DNA from: Myxococcota bacterium
GTDB taxonomy: Bacteria; Myxococcota_A; UBA796; SXON01
Length of the DNA stretch: 64,000 nt
Direction: 5' to 3'
Assembly: GCA_040386535.1 (NCBI GenBank)
Contig: JAZKFH010000023.1
Span: 32,001 to 96,000, forward strand
In this document: one piece after another, positions 28,703 through 40,591 of the stretch
Layout: each line of letters begins with the position of its first letter
How positions within the stretch are numbered: position 1 is the stretch's first letter
The notes under the pieces: model-generated
Seen by the model: only the letters and a program-made list of their open reading frames with translations
The model's database searches: none
What the model was told of the DNA's origin: nothing
Position numbers and translations under genes: made by a program

Positions 28703-29485
28703 GTGATCCCGTACTTCGATCTGCCGGTCTACCACCTCGGCCCCATCCCCATCGATCCGTGGGGCACGCTCGTGTGCCTCGGCTTCATCCTCGGGCTCGA
28801 GATGGCGCGCGCGCGCGGCATCAAGACCGGGCTCGACGTGCGCGACGTCGTCGACGGGATCGTCGCCACCGTGCTCACCGGCTTCATCGTCGGGCACCTC
28901 GTGCACGTGCTCGCCTACAACCCGCAGCAGCTCCAGGAGCAAGGCGTCATGGCCCTCCTGCGGGTGTGGGCGGGCTTCTCGAGCTTCGGCGGCTTCGTCG
29001 GCGCGCTCCTCGGCGCGACCGTGTTCTACAAGCTGGTCCGCAAGCGCGACTTCTGGGCGCATGCGGACGCGATCATGTTCGGCTTCCCGTTCGGCTGGTT
29101 CTTCGGCCGGCTCGGCTGCTTCAGCGTGCACGACCACATCGGCCGCCCGACGGATTTTATCCTCGGCGTCCAGTTCCCCGGCGGCACCCGCTTCGATCTC
29201 GGCCTGCTCGAAGCGCTCGTCGCCGCGGTCATCGGCGCCACCTTCCTCGTGCTCGCGCGCAAGCCGCGGGTGCACGGCACCTTCCTCGCCACCTGGGGCC
29301 TGATCTACGCGCCGGCACGCTTCGGCCTCGACTTCCTCCGCAACACCGATCTGCGCGGCGCGGACGTGCGCTGGGCCGGCTTCACCCCCGCGCAGTGGGG
29401 CTGCATGCTGATGTTCGTCGGCTCGTTGGCGCTGCTCGCGTACCTGCGTCGCAAGGGGAGCGTGCAGGTGCAGGTCGCGGCGTAG
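28703..29485 (+). CDS. lgt: Prolipoprotein diacylglyceryl transferase
   Basis: LGPIPIDPWG, WAGFSSFGGFVG, FGRLGCFSVHDHIG, YAPARFGLDFLR, TPAQW; 7 TM-like. Confidence 0.85.
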   Translation: MIPYFDLPVYHLGPIPIDPWGTLVCLGFILGLEMARARGIKTGLDVRDVVDGIVATVLTGFIVGHLVHVLAYNPQQLQEQGVMALLRVWAGFSSFGGFVGALLGATVFYKLVRKRDFWAHADAIMFGFPFGWFFGRLGCFSVHDHIGRPTDFILGVQFPGGTRFDLGLLEALVAAVIGATFLVLARKPRVHGTFLATWGLIYAPARFGLDFLRNTDLRGADVRWAGFTPAQWGCMLMFVGSLALLAYLRRKGSVQVQVAA

Positions 29486-29769
29486 GCGCTACCGGATGTT
29501 GTCGGCGAGTGTAGCGGCGTTCGGGGCCCGCGCCGCGCGAGGCGCGCGTCGCCGCGTGTCTTCCGGGCTCGCTGCGCTCGGTCGGCGCGGAGCCGCCGAC
29601 GCGCCGAGGCGGCGCCCCTCCAGCCCCGCTGGGCCAGCGGATCGTTCGCAAATCGCGGGACCCGATCGTCGAATCCCCTTGCGGTGAGGCACCGCGCGCG
29701 AGGGGTGCCGTAAGCTCTTCGGTTGACGCGACGTTCAGCCGACGCGCATCATCCGCCCGCGAGGCCTGC

Positions 29770-32349
29770 GTGGAAGTCTTCTTCGGTCTGCTGTGCTCGG
29801 TCCTCGCGCTGTTCGCGTCGTTGCTGCCGATCGCGGCGCTGGTGACCAGCGTGCGGTTGCGCCAGACGGTGGAGAGGCTCGAGCGCCGCGTGGGCGAGCT
29901 CGAGGCGCTCTCGGTGCGCCCGGATGTTGCGCCCGTGCGGGCCGTGCCGACCGCGCCCCGGATCGAGGTCCCTCGGATCGTCGTCCCTCCGGTCGAGACG
30001 CCGATCGAGCGTCCCCTCGAGGCGCCGCCGGTCTTCGTCGAGGCGCCCCCGATCACGCCCGTCACGTCGGCTCCCATCGAGCCCCCGATCGCGCCCCCGA
30101 TCGCGCCGCCGCCCGTCTCCCCCCCGCCGGCCACGCCCCGCCCGCCGCCCCGTCGCCTCGGCGCGGACGCGCTCGGCGTGTGGGCCCTGGCGATCCCGGG
30201 CGGCCTCGCCCTCCTCCTCGCCGCCATCTTCGCGCTCCGCGAGGCGATCGCGGCCGGGTTCGTCGGGCCCGGCGCGCGCTTCGCGCTCGGCGCCGGCGTC
30301 GGCATGATCGCGGTGCTCTCCAGCGAGTTCGCGCGCGCCCGTCGCTACGACGTGCCCGCGGCCGCGCTCGGCGGCGGTGGCGCCGGCATCTTCTACGCCG
30401 TGATCTACGCGGGGCACGCCCGCTACGCGCTCTTCGGGCAGGAGGTCGCATTCGGCCTGATGGTGGCGACCACGGCGGTCACGCTGCTCGTCGCCGAGCG
30501 TCGCAACAGTCGCTTCATGGCGTCGCTGGCGCTGGTGGGCGGGTACCTCACGCCGATCCTGCTCTCGACCGGCGAGAACAAGGCCGTCGCGTTCTTCGGC
30601 TACCTCACGCTGCTCGACGCGGGGCTGATCGTGGCGGCGTCGCGGCGCCGGTGGACCACGCTGCTCGGCGTCTCCGGGCTCGTCACCGCCGTGCTCTACC
30701 TCGGCTGGATGACGCAGTACCGCGCCCCCGATCAGGTGGTCGTCGGCCTCGTGGCGCCCGCCGTGTTCGGCCTCCTCTACCTCGGGGTCGCCGCCCGCCG
30801 CGCCACGCCGCTCGCCGAGGCCGTCGTGTCCGCCGCGGCGTCGGGCATCCTCTTCTTGTGCGGTGTCGCCTTCGTCGTGCCGGCGGACGCGCTGCGCACC
30901 GACCCCGTCAGCGGGCTCGCCCTCTCGGGCGGCCTGGCCGACGCGGCGTGGATGGCGCTCGCCTACGTGCTCGTCGCACCCACGATCGTGCTGCTCGCGG
31001 CGCGCCGCCGCGTCGCCCCGTGGATGGACGCGATCGGCGTCACCCTCGGCGCGATCCTGCTCGTGGCGTTCTCCTTCGGCTACGCGCTGCCGGACCCGCC
31101 GCGCTGGGGCCCCGTGGCCGCCGCGCTGGTCGGGGTGCCGCTCCTCGCGGCCTTCACGGGCACGGCGTTCTGGGTGGTCCCGATCGTGTCCGCGGGCCTC
31201 GCCCTCGCCGCCATCGCGCTCCCCGGCGAAGCGCCGCCGATGGACGTGCTCGCTGTGGTCTCGGCCTCGCTCGCGGTCCTCGGCGCCACGATGGGCCTCG
31301 TGCGCGGCCCGCGGCCCGCGCTGGTCCCCGCGCTCGTCGCGGCCGCCTTCCCGCTCCTCACGCCGCTCGCCACCGGCTACGCGCCAGACGACGCGGGGAT
31401 GTGGTTCCTCGGCGCCGCCATCGTGTACGTCAGCTTCTCCTTCGCCCCGTTCTGGCGCCCCCGTGCCGGCGACCTCTACGGGGCGCTCGCGGCCGCGCTC
31501 GCCGGGCCGATGTTGTTCTTCGTGTTCCACCGCCTGTGGGTGGACACGCTCGGGGAGAGCGCGATCGGCGCCCTCCCCGTGCTGCTCGGCATGGTGACGC
31601 TGCTCGCCGCGGTCACGCTCGTGCGCGCGGTGAAGGTGCGCGCGGACGACCGCGAGCTGGCGATCCTCGTCACCGTCGTGCTGCTCTTCGTCTCCGCGGC
31701 CGTGCCGCTGCAGCTCTCCGAGGCGTGGCTCACCGTGGGCTGGGCGGTCGAGGTCGCGCTGCTCGGCGCGCTGTCGAAGCGGCTCACGCACCCGGTGATC
31801 CGCGTGTTCGGCGGGGCGCTCGCGATGGCGGTGGCCGTGCGGCTCCTCCTGAACCCCGACGCGCTCGACTACGGCGGCGGGGAGGGGATGATCCTCCTGA
31901 ACTGGACGCTCTACACCTGGGGGATCCCCGCGGTGTGCCTCCTCGTCGCGGCGAAGCTGTTCGATCAGCCCGTGTGGTTCCGCACGGGGCTCCGCGTCAT
32001 CTCCGTGCTCCTGTTCTTCGCCCTCGTGAACCTCGAGGTCGCCCACGCGTTCGCCCATGACGACACGCTCTCGTTCTCCAGCGAGGACCTCGCCGAGAGC
32101 ATGACGCGCTCGATCGCCTGGGCCACCTACGGGCTCGTGCTCATCGCGGTCGGGACCATGAAGGACTCGCGCGGCGCGCGCCTCGCCGGCCTGTCGTTCG
32201 CGCTGCTCGGGGCGCTCAAGGTCTTCGTGGTCGACCTGTGGAGCCTCTCCGGCTTCGCGCGGGTCGGCTCCTTCGCCGGGCTCGCGGTGACCCTGCTGGT
32301 CGGGGCCGTCGCCTTCCAGAGAATCGTGCTCAAGGATCGGAAGCCATGA
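29770..32349 (+). CDS. DUF2339 large integral membrane protein
   Basis: N-terminal TM, coiled coil and Pro-rich linker, then many TMs; GGYLTPILLSTG, KVFVVDLWSLSGFARVGSF signatures. Confidence 0.85.
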   Translation: MEVFFGLLCSVLALFASLLPIAALVTSVRLRQTVERLERRVGELEALSVRPDVAPVRAVPTAPRIEVPRIVVPPVETPIERPLEAPPVFVEAPPITPVTSAPIEPPIAPPIAPPPVSPPPATPRPPPRRLGADALGVWALAIPGGLALLLAAIFALREAIAAGFVGPGARFALGAGVGMIAVLSSEFARARRYDVPAAALGGGGAGIFYAVIYAGHARYALFGQEVAFGLMVATTAVTLLVAERRNSRFMASLALVGGYLTPILLSTGENKAVAFFGYLTLLDAGLIVAASRRRWTTLLGVSGLVTAVLYLGWMTQYRAPDQVVVGLVAPAVFGLLYLGVAARRATPLAEAVVSAAASGILFLCGVAFVVPADALRTDPVSGLALSGGLADAAWMALAYVLVAPTIVLLAARRRVAPWMDAIGVTLGAILLVAFSFGYALPDPPRWGPVAAALVGVPLLAAFTGTAFWVVPIVSAGLALAAIALPGEAPPMDVLAVVSASLAVLGATMGLVRGPRPALVPALVAAAFPLLTPLATGYAPDDAGMWFLGAAIVYVSFSFAPFWRPRAGDLYGALAAALAGPMLFFVFHRLWVDTLGESAIGALPVLLGMVTLLAAVTLVRAVKVRADDRELAILVTVVLLFVSAAVPLQLSEAWLTVGWAVEVALLGALSKRLTHPVIRVFGGALAMAVAVRLLLNPDALDYGGGEGMILLNWTLYTWGIPAVCLLVAAKLFDQPVWFRTGLRVISVLLFFALVNLEVAHAFAHDDTLSFSSEDLAESMTRSIAWATYGLVLIAVGTMKDSRGARLAGLSFALLGALKVFVVDLWSLSGFARVGSFAGLAVTLLVGAVAFQRIVLKDRKP

Positions 32350-34283
32350 TCTTGATCTTGCCCGCCTTCCTCGATGACGCGGCGGCCGCCGAGCCCTCCG
32401 TCTACGCCCTCGCGGCCCCAGTGACGGTGCCCCCCGGCGGTCCGGTGCGCATCACGCTCGGGCCCGATCTCGTCGGCGCCCAGCCGGAGCTCCTGTCCGG
32501 GGGGCTCCTGCTCACGGACGCGAGCGGCGCCGCCGTGCCGTACGCCGTCCTCCGTTCGACGCGGGACGACCCGACGCCGTGGACCGAGGACCTCGACTTC
32601 CGCCCCGTCGGTGACGACGTCTGGGAGACCGACACGTCCGACACCCCCATCGACGCCCTCGTGCTCGACGTGATGGACCTGGAGGGGATCGGCCCCTTCA
32701 CGGCGACCGTGCAGTGGCGGCGCGGCGGGGAGTGGGTCGGCGCCTCGACCGATCTGCTCTACCACCTGGCCGACGGCGCCGAGGACCGCCGCGTGAGCGT
32801 GCCCCATGTCGCCGGGCCCTTCCGCATCGCCCTCGCCGGCTACGGCTCCCGCCCCCGCCTGCTCGACGTCTCGAGCGTCCGCGAGGCGCCGGGTTTCGTG
32901 CCTCCCGTCGTGGAGACGCTCCCGCTGGCGGCGCCCGTCGTGACCGAAGAGAGCACGGCCCGCTACACCGTGCGCCTGGACGGCCCGCGCGCGGTGACCG
33001 CGATCCGGTTTGCCGTGCCCGCCGGGGTCGACGTGTTCGAGCGCACCGTCCGCGTGCGGCGGCCGACCTCGCTCCAGCCCACGTTCGGGGGCACGTTCGG
33101 CGTCGAGGGGATCGACGCGTCCTACGGCTACGGCGGCGACACCTCGGGGATCATCCGCCGCATCCGGGTCGGCGGCGGCCGGGTGGATCAGATCGAGGTG
33201 CCCGTGGGGTTCTCGACCGACATCCTCGTCCTCGACGTGGCGACCGACCGCGGCGAGCCGCTCGCCATCGAGGGGATCGAGGTCGTGTCCGAGGGCGCGC
33301 AGATCCTCGTGCGCGACGCCGGCCCGGGGCCGCACACGCTCTACGGCGCCGCGTCCGCGGTCTCGTCATCCTACGATCTCGGCGTGGCGGCCCCGGAGCT
33401 CCTCGCCTCCGAGCCGCCGATCGTCACGGCGGGCCCGGCCGCGACGAACCCCGCGTTCGTGCCGACGCCGACCCGGGAAGGGGTGGACAGCCCCGGCCCC
33501 GATCTCTCGCTCGCGCGCTTCCACTTCGAGCGGGACGTGGTCGCGGAGCCCGGCTGGGCGCGGATCCCGCTGGATCGCTCGGTCCTCGCGCGCACCCGCG
33601 CCGATCTCGGCGACGTGCGGCTCGTGGACAGCCAGGGGCGCCAGGTGCCGTTCCTGTTGTGGAGCACAGGTGACGAGGACGCGTGGGACACCGGCCCGTT
33701 CGAGCGCGAGGAGAAGGGGACCGTGACCCAGCTGCGCGTTCCCCTCGACGGGACGGCGCCCGTCGCGTCGGTCCTGCTCCAGACCAGCCAGACGGTGTTC
33801 GAGCGGGACGTGGAGATCCTCCGCGACGCGGGGCGCTCCACCGTCGCCATCCGCCACGTGCGCTGGGAGGGGCCGCAGCGCGGCAACACGCTCTCCGTCG
33901 CGATCGGGGAGCGCATCGGCGACACGCTCCTCATCCGGATCGACAACGGGGACAACCCGCCCATCGTCATCGACTCGGTGCGGGTCACCACGCCGCGGTG
34001 GGAGCTCCGCGCCCGCATCCCCGAGGGCGGCGCGCGCCTCGTGTACGGCGCGCCGGGGTCCCGCGCACCCGACTACGACCTGTCGCTCCTGGTCGAGGAT
34101 GTGCGCCGCATGCCGGTCGCCGTGGCCACGCTGGGCGAGGAGCGGCCATTGTCCGCGCCGACCCCGGGCCTCGTCGATCGCGGCCTGTCCGTGATCGGCA
34201 TCGGCCTGCTCGCCATCGGCCTGCTCGGCATGGTGGTCCGGGTCCTCCGCGGCGTGCCCGCGGCCGAGGCGGCCCCCGAGTAG
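32346..34283 (+). CDS. DUF3999-like extracytoplasmic protein with C-terminal TM
   Basis: ATGA overlap with DUF2339; DLGDVRLVDSQGRQVPF, IRIDNGDNPPI, LVYGAPGSRAPDYDL; internally duplicated; C-terminal TM. Confidence 0.7.
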   Translation: MILILPAFLDDAAAAEPSVYALAAPVTVPPGGPVRITLGPDLVGAQPELLSGGLLLTDASGAAVPYAVLRSTRDDPTPWTEDLDFRPVGDDVWETDTSDTPIDALVLDVMDLEGIGPFTATVQWRRGGEWVGASTDLLYHLADGAEDRRVSVPHVAGPFRIALAGYGSRPRLLDVSSVREAPGFVPPVVETLPLAAPVVTEESTARYTVRLDGPRAVTAIRFAVPAGVDVFERTVRVRRPTSLQPTFGGTFGVEGIDASYGYGGDTSGIIRRIRVGGGRVDQIEVPVGFSTDILVLDVATDRGEPLAIEGIEVVSEGAQILVRDAGPGPHTLYGAASAVSSSYDLGVAAPELLASEPPIVTAGPAATNPAFVPTPTREGVDSPGPDLSLARFHFERDVVAEPGWARIPLDRSVLARTRADLGDVRLVDSQGRQVPFLLWSTGDEDAWDTGPFEREEKGTVTQLRVPLDGTAPVASVLLQTSQTVFERDVEILRDAGRSTVAIRHVRWEGPQRGNTLSVAIGERIGDTLLIRIDNGDNPPIVIDSVRVTTPRWELRARIPEGGARLVYGAPGSRAPDYDLSLLVEDVRRMPVAVATLGEERPLSAPTPGLVDRGLSVIGIGLLAIGLLGMVVRVLRGVPAAEAAPE

Positions 34284-34349
34284 CCCCCGGTCCTCGACCC
34301 CTGGCGGGGCGCCCCTTCGCCGGTATAGAGGCGGCGCCCGGAGAATGTC

Positions 34350-34808
34350 ATGTCGCTGATGGAACAGGTCTCGGCCGAGCTCAAGAAGGCCATGCTCGCC
34401 AAGGACGCGCCCCGCACCACGGGCCTGCGTCTCATCCGCGCGGCGTTCATCGAGCTCGAGAAGGAGGGCAAGGGCGAGGTGACCGACGAGCGCTGCCTCG
34501 ATGCGCTCCGTCGCCTGAAGAAGCAGCGCGAGGACTCGATCGGCGCGTACGTGTCGGCCAACCGCGAGGACCTCGCCGAGGTCGAGCGCGCCGAGCTCGC
34601 CGTCATCGAGACCTTCCTGCCGCAGCTCGCCGACGAGGCCACCACCCGCGCCTGGGTCAAAGAAGCGATCGCCGCGAGCGGCGCCACCTCGCCCAAGGAG
34701 ATGGGCAAGGCGATGGGCGCGCTCATGAAGGCCCACAAGGCCGACATCGACGGCACGCTCGCCCGCAAGCTCCTCGAGCAGGAGCTGGGCGCGGGTTCGG
34801 GCGTATAG
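34350..34808 (+). CDS. yqeY: GatB/YqeY domain protein
   Basis: MSLMEQVSAELKKAMLAKD...KKQREDSI..Y....REDLA..E..EL.VI..FLPQ...SPKEMGKAMG. Confidence 0.93.
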   Translation: MSLMEQVSAELKKAMLAKDAPRTTGLRLIRAAFIELEKEGKGEVTDERCLDALRRLKKQREDSIGAYVSANREDLAEVERAELAVIETFLPQLADEATTRAWVKEAIAASGATSPKEMGKAMGALMKAHKADIDGTLARKLLEQELGAGSGV

Positions 34809-34809
34809 G

Positions 34810-36129
34810 GTGTTCCGCCGCATCCTCATCGCCAACCGGGGAGAGGTGGCCGCGCGGGTCGCCCGCACGTGCCGTCGCCTCGGCATCGGCACGGTCGCCG
34901 CCGTCACCGAGCCCGACGCGGATCTCGCGTGGCTCGCCGACGTCGACGTGGTCGCCAACGTGGGCGGGCGTGCGGGCTACCTCGACGCCGACGCGCTCCT
35001 CGCCGCCGCGCGCGAGCACGGCTGCTCGGCGCTGCACCCCGGGTGGGGGTTCCTCTCCGAGAACGCCGTGTTCGCGACCCGCTGCGAGGCCGATCGCGTC
35101 ACGTTCATCGGGCCCTCGCCGGCCTCGATGCGCGCCATGGGCGACAAGCAGGTGGCCCGGGAGACCATGGGGGCCCTCGGGATGCCGCTCATCCCCGGCT
35201 CGCCCGGCAACGTCACGACGGTCGACGAGGCGCTCGGTTTCGCCGCGGGCCTCGGGTACCCGGTGCTGCTCAAGGCGCGCTCCGGCGGCGGTGGGCGCGG
35301 GATGCGGCGGGTGAACGAGCCGTCCGAGATGGCGGAGGCCTTCGGGCAGGCCAGCGCCGAGGGCCAGAGCGCCTTCGGCGATGGCACGCTCTACCTCGAG
35401 AAGCTTGTGGTCAACGGCCGCCACATCGAGTTCCAGGTGCTCGGCGATCGGCACGGCAACCTGGTCACGCTCGGCGAGCGCGAGTGCAGCGTACAGCGTC
35501 GGCACCAGAAGTTGCTCGAAGAGAGCCCGTCCCCGGCGCTCACGGTGGAGGAGCGGGCCCGTTTCGGCGGGATCGTGGCCGAGGCGTGTCGCAAGGCGGG
35601 CTACTTCGGCGCGGGCACGGTCGAGATGTTGCGCGACCCCTCGGGCGCGCTCTACTTCATGGAGATGAACACCCGCCTCCAGGTCGAGCACCCCGTCACC
35701 GAAGAGGTGACCGGCCTCGATCTCGTCGAGCTCCAGCTGCGCGTCGCGGCCAACGAGGTCGTGAAGCCGGTGTACACGGTGTCGGGCCACGCGATCGAGT
35801 GCCGGGTCAACGCGGAGGACCCGGAGAAGGGGTTCCAGCCGGCGCCCGGCCGGGTCACGCGGCTCGTGCTCCCGAAGGGGGAGGGGGTCCGCGTCGACAC
35901 CCACCTGCGCGAGGGCGACACGATCTCGCCCTTCTACGACTCCATGGTGGCGAAGGTCATCGTCCACGCGCCGGACCGCGCGGCCGCCATCGCGCGCATG
36001 GACGCCGCGCTCGCCGCCATGATCGTCGAGGGCGTGCCGACCACGATCGGCCTCCAGCGTCGCATCCTGGCGGACCCGCGCTTCGTCGCCGGCACCTACG
36101 ACACGTCCTTCCTCGACGCGCTGCCCTGA
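34810..36129 (+). CDS. Biotin carboxylase (stand-alone, no biotin carrier domain)
   Basis: ILIANRGEVA, HPGWGFLSEN, GGGGRGMR, RECSVQRRHQK, FMEMNTRLQVEHPVTE, FYDSMVAK; 439 aa. Confidence 0.95.
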   Translation: MFRRILIANRGEVAARVARTCRRLGIGTVAAVTEPDADLAWLADVDVVANVGGRAGYLDADALLAAAREHGCSALHPGWGFLSENAVFATRCEADRVTFIGPSPASMRAMGDKQVARETMGALGMPLIPGSPGNVTTVDEALGFAAGLGYPVLLKARSGGGGRGMRRVNEPSEMAEAFGQASAEGQSAFGDGTLYLEKLVVNGRHIEFQVLGDRHGNLVTLGERECSVQRRHQKLLEESPSPALTVEERARFGGIVAEACRKAGYFGAGTVEMLRDPSGALYFMEMNTRLQVEHPVTEEVTGLDLVELQLRVAANEVVKPVYTVSGHAIECRVNAEDPEKGFQPAPGRVTRLVLPKGEGVRVDTHLREGDTISPFYDSMVAKVIVHAPDRAAAIARMDAALAAMIVEGVPTTIGLQRRILADPRFVAGTYDTSFLDALP

Positions 36130-37478
36130 CCCTTCCCCGCCAGGGCCCCGAACGGACGGGCGGATGGCGGGAGGGGCTCGCCCTCCCTGCGGCCGTCGGC
36201 TTCGTCGCGGCCCTCGTGTTGCGCCTGGTGCTGCTCGCGCAGTACGCGGGCAACTACAGCTTCGACGGCTTCCAGCGCTGGGCCGGGCGCGACCACGTGT
36301 TGGTGCAGGCCTGGCTCCCGGCCACCCAGCTCGTGATCAACGCGGTGGCATCCCTCGGCGGCGGCATCATGGAGGCGCGGGTCGCCCTGTCGGTCCTCGC
36401 GGCCGGGGCGGTCGCGGCGGGCGTGGTCGTGGCCGGGCGGATGGGCGGCACGGTCGCCGCCTGGGCCTTCCTCGTGCCCGCCTGCTACGGCCCGTTCGTC
36501 GTGTGGAGCGCCGCGCCCTACCAGGAGGGGACCTTCCTCCTCGTGTTGTTCGGCGGGCTCGCGTTGGCCCTGTACGACCGGTGGATCCTGGCCGATCTGG
36601 TGATCGGGCTCCTCGGTCTCGTCCGGTACGAGGGCTGGCCCTGCGTCGCCCTGTACGTGATGTGGCGTCGTGACCCGCGAGCGCTGGTCGCGCTCTGGGG
36701 GATGCTGGTGTGGGTGACGGTCCGCTACGGGCTCGATCTCGCCGGCTTCCACGCCTCGCCCGCCGACTTCGACGACTGGGAGGGCATGAGCGACCGGACC
36801 ACGTTCACCTCGTGGGCGCAGGACGCCATGCGCCTCTTCATGAGCGCGTGGAACTCGGGCGGCGTGAGCTACGCGGTGGCGGCCGTGGTGGGGATCGCCA
36901 CGTCGTGGCGGCGGCCGGGGGTGTTGCTCGTCGCGGCCGTGGGGCTCGCGCAGGTGGCCGCGGTGTCGGGGTGGCTCGCCGGGCTGGAGATCGCGACCTA
37001 CCGGATGCTCGTGGTGCCCGTCATGGTGGCGGGGCTGCTCGGCGCGGTGGGCGCCGCGGTGGTGTGGTCCCGCCTCACCGAGCGGACGCGGCCCGTGCTC
37101 GTCCTCCTCGGCGCGCTGCTCATCGCCGTCGGCGTGCTCGAAGCGGCGCGGGGCACCCGGGCCGAGTTCTCGCGGATGGCTCCCGAACGGGAGCTGCTCG
37201 CGGCGATGCTGGAGCGTCCCGACTGCGACTGGCTGATCACGCCCCGCACCGACCTGGGAACACGCCAGCGTCACGATGGGTGCGAGATCCTCCAGGGCCT
37301 CGGCGACGCGCGGCACGGCGACGGCTTCTGGTGTGCGCCGTGGGGGCCGGTGCCGCCCCCTGGGCGCGCCTGCGTCGCACAGGCGGTGTGGATGGACGAC
37401 TACTACGAGGTGTCGTTCCACGGGACCGGCGAGGTGCCGCCGCCGCCGCCGCCGCCGAGCGCGGCCGTCGCGCCCTGA
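36126..37478 (+). CDS. Polytopic membrane protein, possibly a GT-C-fold glycosyltransferase
   Basis: About 10 TMs, first loop YSFDGFQRW, LVRYEGW motif, C-terminal extracellular Cys-containing domain. Start uncertain (CTG overlapping the biotin carboxylase stop, or later GTG). Confidence 0.55.
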   Translation: MTLPRQGPERTGGWREGLALPAAVGFVAALVLRLVLLAQYAGNYSFDGFQRWAGRDHVLVQAWLPATQLVINAVASLGGGIMEARVALSVLAAGAVAAGVVVAGRMGGTVAAWAFLVPACYGPFVVWSAAPYQEGTFLLVLFGGLALALYDRWILADLVIGLLGLVRYEGWPCVALYVMWRRDPRALVALWGMLVWVTVRYGLDLAGFHASPADFDDWEGMSDRTTFTSWAQDAMRLFMSAWNSGGVSYAVAAVVGIATSWRRPGVLLVAAVGLAQVAAVSGWLAGLEIATYRMLVVPVMVAGLLGAVGAAVVWSRLTERTRPVLVLLGALLIAVGVLEAARGTRAEFSRMAPERELLAAMLERPDCDWLITPRTDLGTRQRHDGCEILQGLGDARHGDGFWCAPWGPVPPPGRACVAQAVWMDDYYEVSFHGTGEVPPPPPPPSAAVAP

Positions 37479-37528
37479 CGGCGCGGTCTCTCGGTGCCTC
37501 GGGCTCGCCCAGTGGTTAGCCCCGCGCC

Positions 37529-39535
<2,007 letters not shown>

Positions 39536-39607
39536 GGCCGACGTCGCCGCGGACTCCGCGTGGGCCCGTGCTATCCTCCCGGCCATCTTTCTCCGATGGG
39601 GTAGCCG

Positions 39608-40591
39608 TTGCGGATCCTGCTCTCGACCGTTGCACTCGCGGCCCTCCTGGCCTGGGCGCCCGCCGCCCGCGCCGAGTGCACGCAGCCCTACCCGGGTGAC
39701 CAGCTCGTCAACGATCTGCAGGTGATGCAGCTCTCGTTGCGCAACCTCGACGACGCGACGTTCGCCGCCGCGGGCAAGCGTCTCGACGTCGGCATCGCGT
39801 GCCTCACCAGCCCGGCGCCGTCCCCGGTGTTCGCGAGCGCCTACCGCTACATCGGCGCGTGGCAGTTCATGGTGAACAACGATCCGGTGAAGGCGCGCCG
39901 CTGGTTCCGCACCGCGCTCGAGATCGATCCCACCTACGCCTGGGACGCGACCGAGCTCGAGCTCAACCACCCGATGCGCGAGATCTTCGAGGAGGAGCGC
40001 CAGATCGCGCCCACGGGACTCACCCCGATCGAGGGCCGCGTCGTCAACCAGCCCGCGGGCTCCAAGGTCACGATCGACGGGCGCCCCCTGACCGAGGCCG
40101 CCGCCACCGTCGATCGGCCCCACGTCATCCAGCAGGTCGCGAACGACCGCGGCGTCCGTGGCAGTTGGCTCATCGAGGGCAACGCCATCCCCGCCCAGTT
40201 CCTGCGCGACGCGATGGCGCCCGCGCCGGCGGATCCGGCGGTCGTCGCGGAGACGAAGAAGAAGCCGAAGAAGGGCTCCGAGAACCTCATGCAGTCGAGC
40301 GAGGGGCTCCAGGTCCAGACCGTGGCGCGCATGCGGCCCGCGGAGAAGACACCGCTGCTCATCGGCGGTGTGATCGGGGTGCTCGGGGCGGGCGGGGTGT
40401 ACGCCGCGTCGTTCGCCGCGCGTTCGCAGTTCGACCAGGCGAACACCACCGAGGATCTGGAGAAGACCCGGACCATGACCAACGCGCTCGTCATCGCGTC
40501 GGGTGGCGTGCTCCTCCTCGGCGCCGGTATCGGCTACTGGGGCATCATCCTCGACGGAGGCGGCGGAGTCGGAATTGCCGGTCACTTCTGA
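39608..40591 (+). CDS. Hypothetical exported/membrane protein (TPR-like helix, PEGA-like segment, two C-terminal TMs)
   Basis: Signal peptide; ARRWFRTALEIDP; PAGSKVTIDG; two hydrophobic C-terminal helices. Confidence 0.65.
   Translation: MRILLSTVALAALLAWAPAARAECTQPYPGDQLVNDLQVMQLSLRNLDDATFAAAGKRLDVGIACLTSPAPSPVFASAYRYIGAWQFMVNNDPVKARRWFRTALEIDPTYAWDATELELNHPMREIFEEERQIAPTGLTPIEGRVVNQPAGSKVTIDGRPLTEAAATVDRPHVIQQVANDRGVRGSWLIEGNAIPAQFLRDAMAPAPADPAVVAETKKKPKKGSENLMQSSEGLQVQTVARMRPAEKTPLLIGGVIGVLGAGGVYAASFAARSQFDQANTTEDLEKTRTMTNALVIASGGVLLLGAGIGYWGIILDGGGGVGIAGHF

Noticed and set aside
29723..29740. Second LexA-like half-site (GTTCAGC) upstream of DUF2339
   Set aside because: The left half mismatches the consensus at most positions.
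34810..36129. Naming the biotin carboxylase accC
   Set aside because: There is no adjacent accB and its neighbour is an MCC-like carboxyltransferase, so an acetyl-CoA carboxylase role is not supported.
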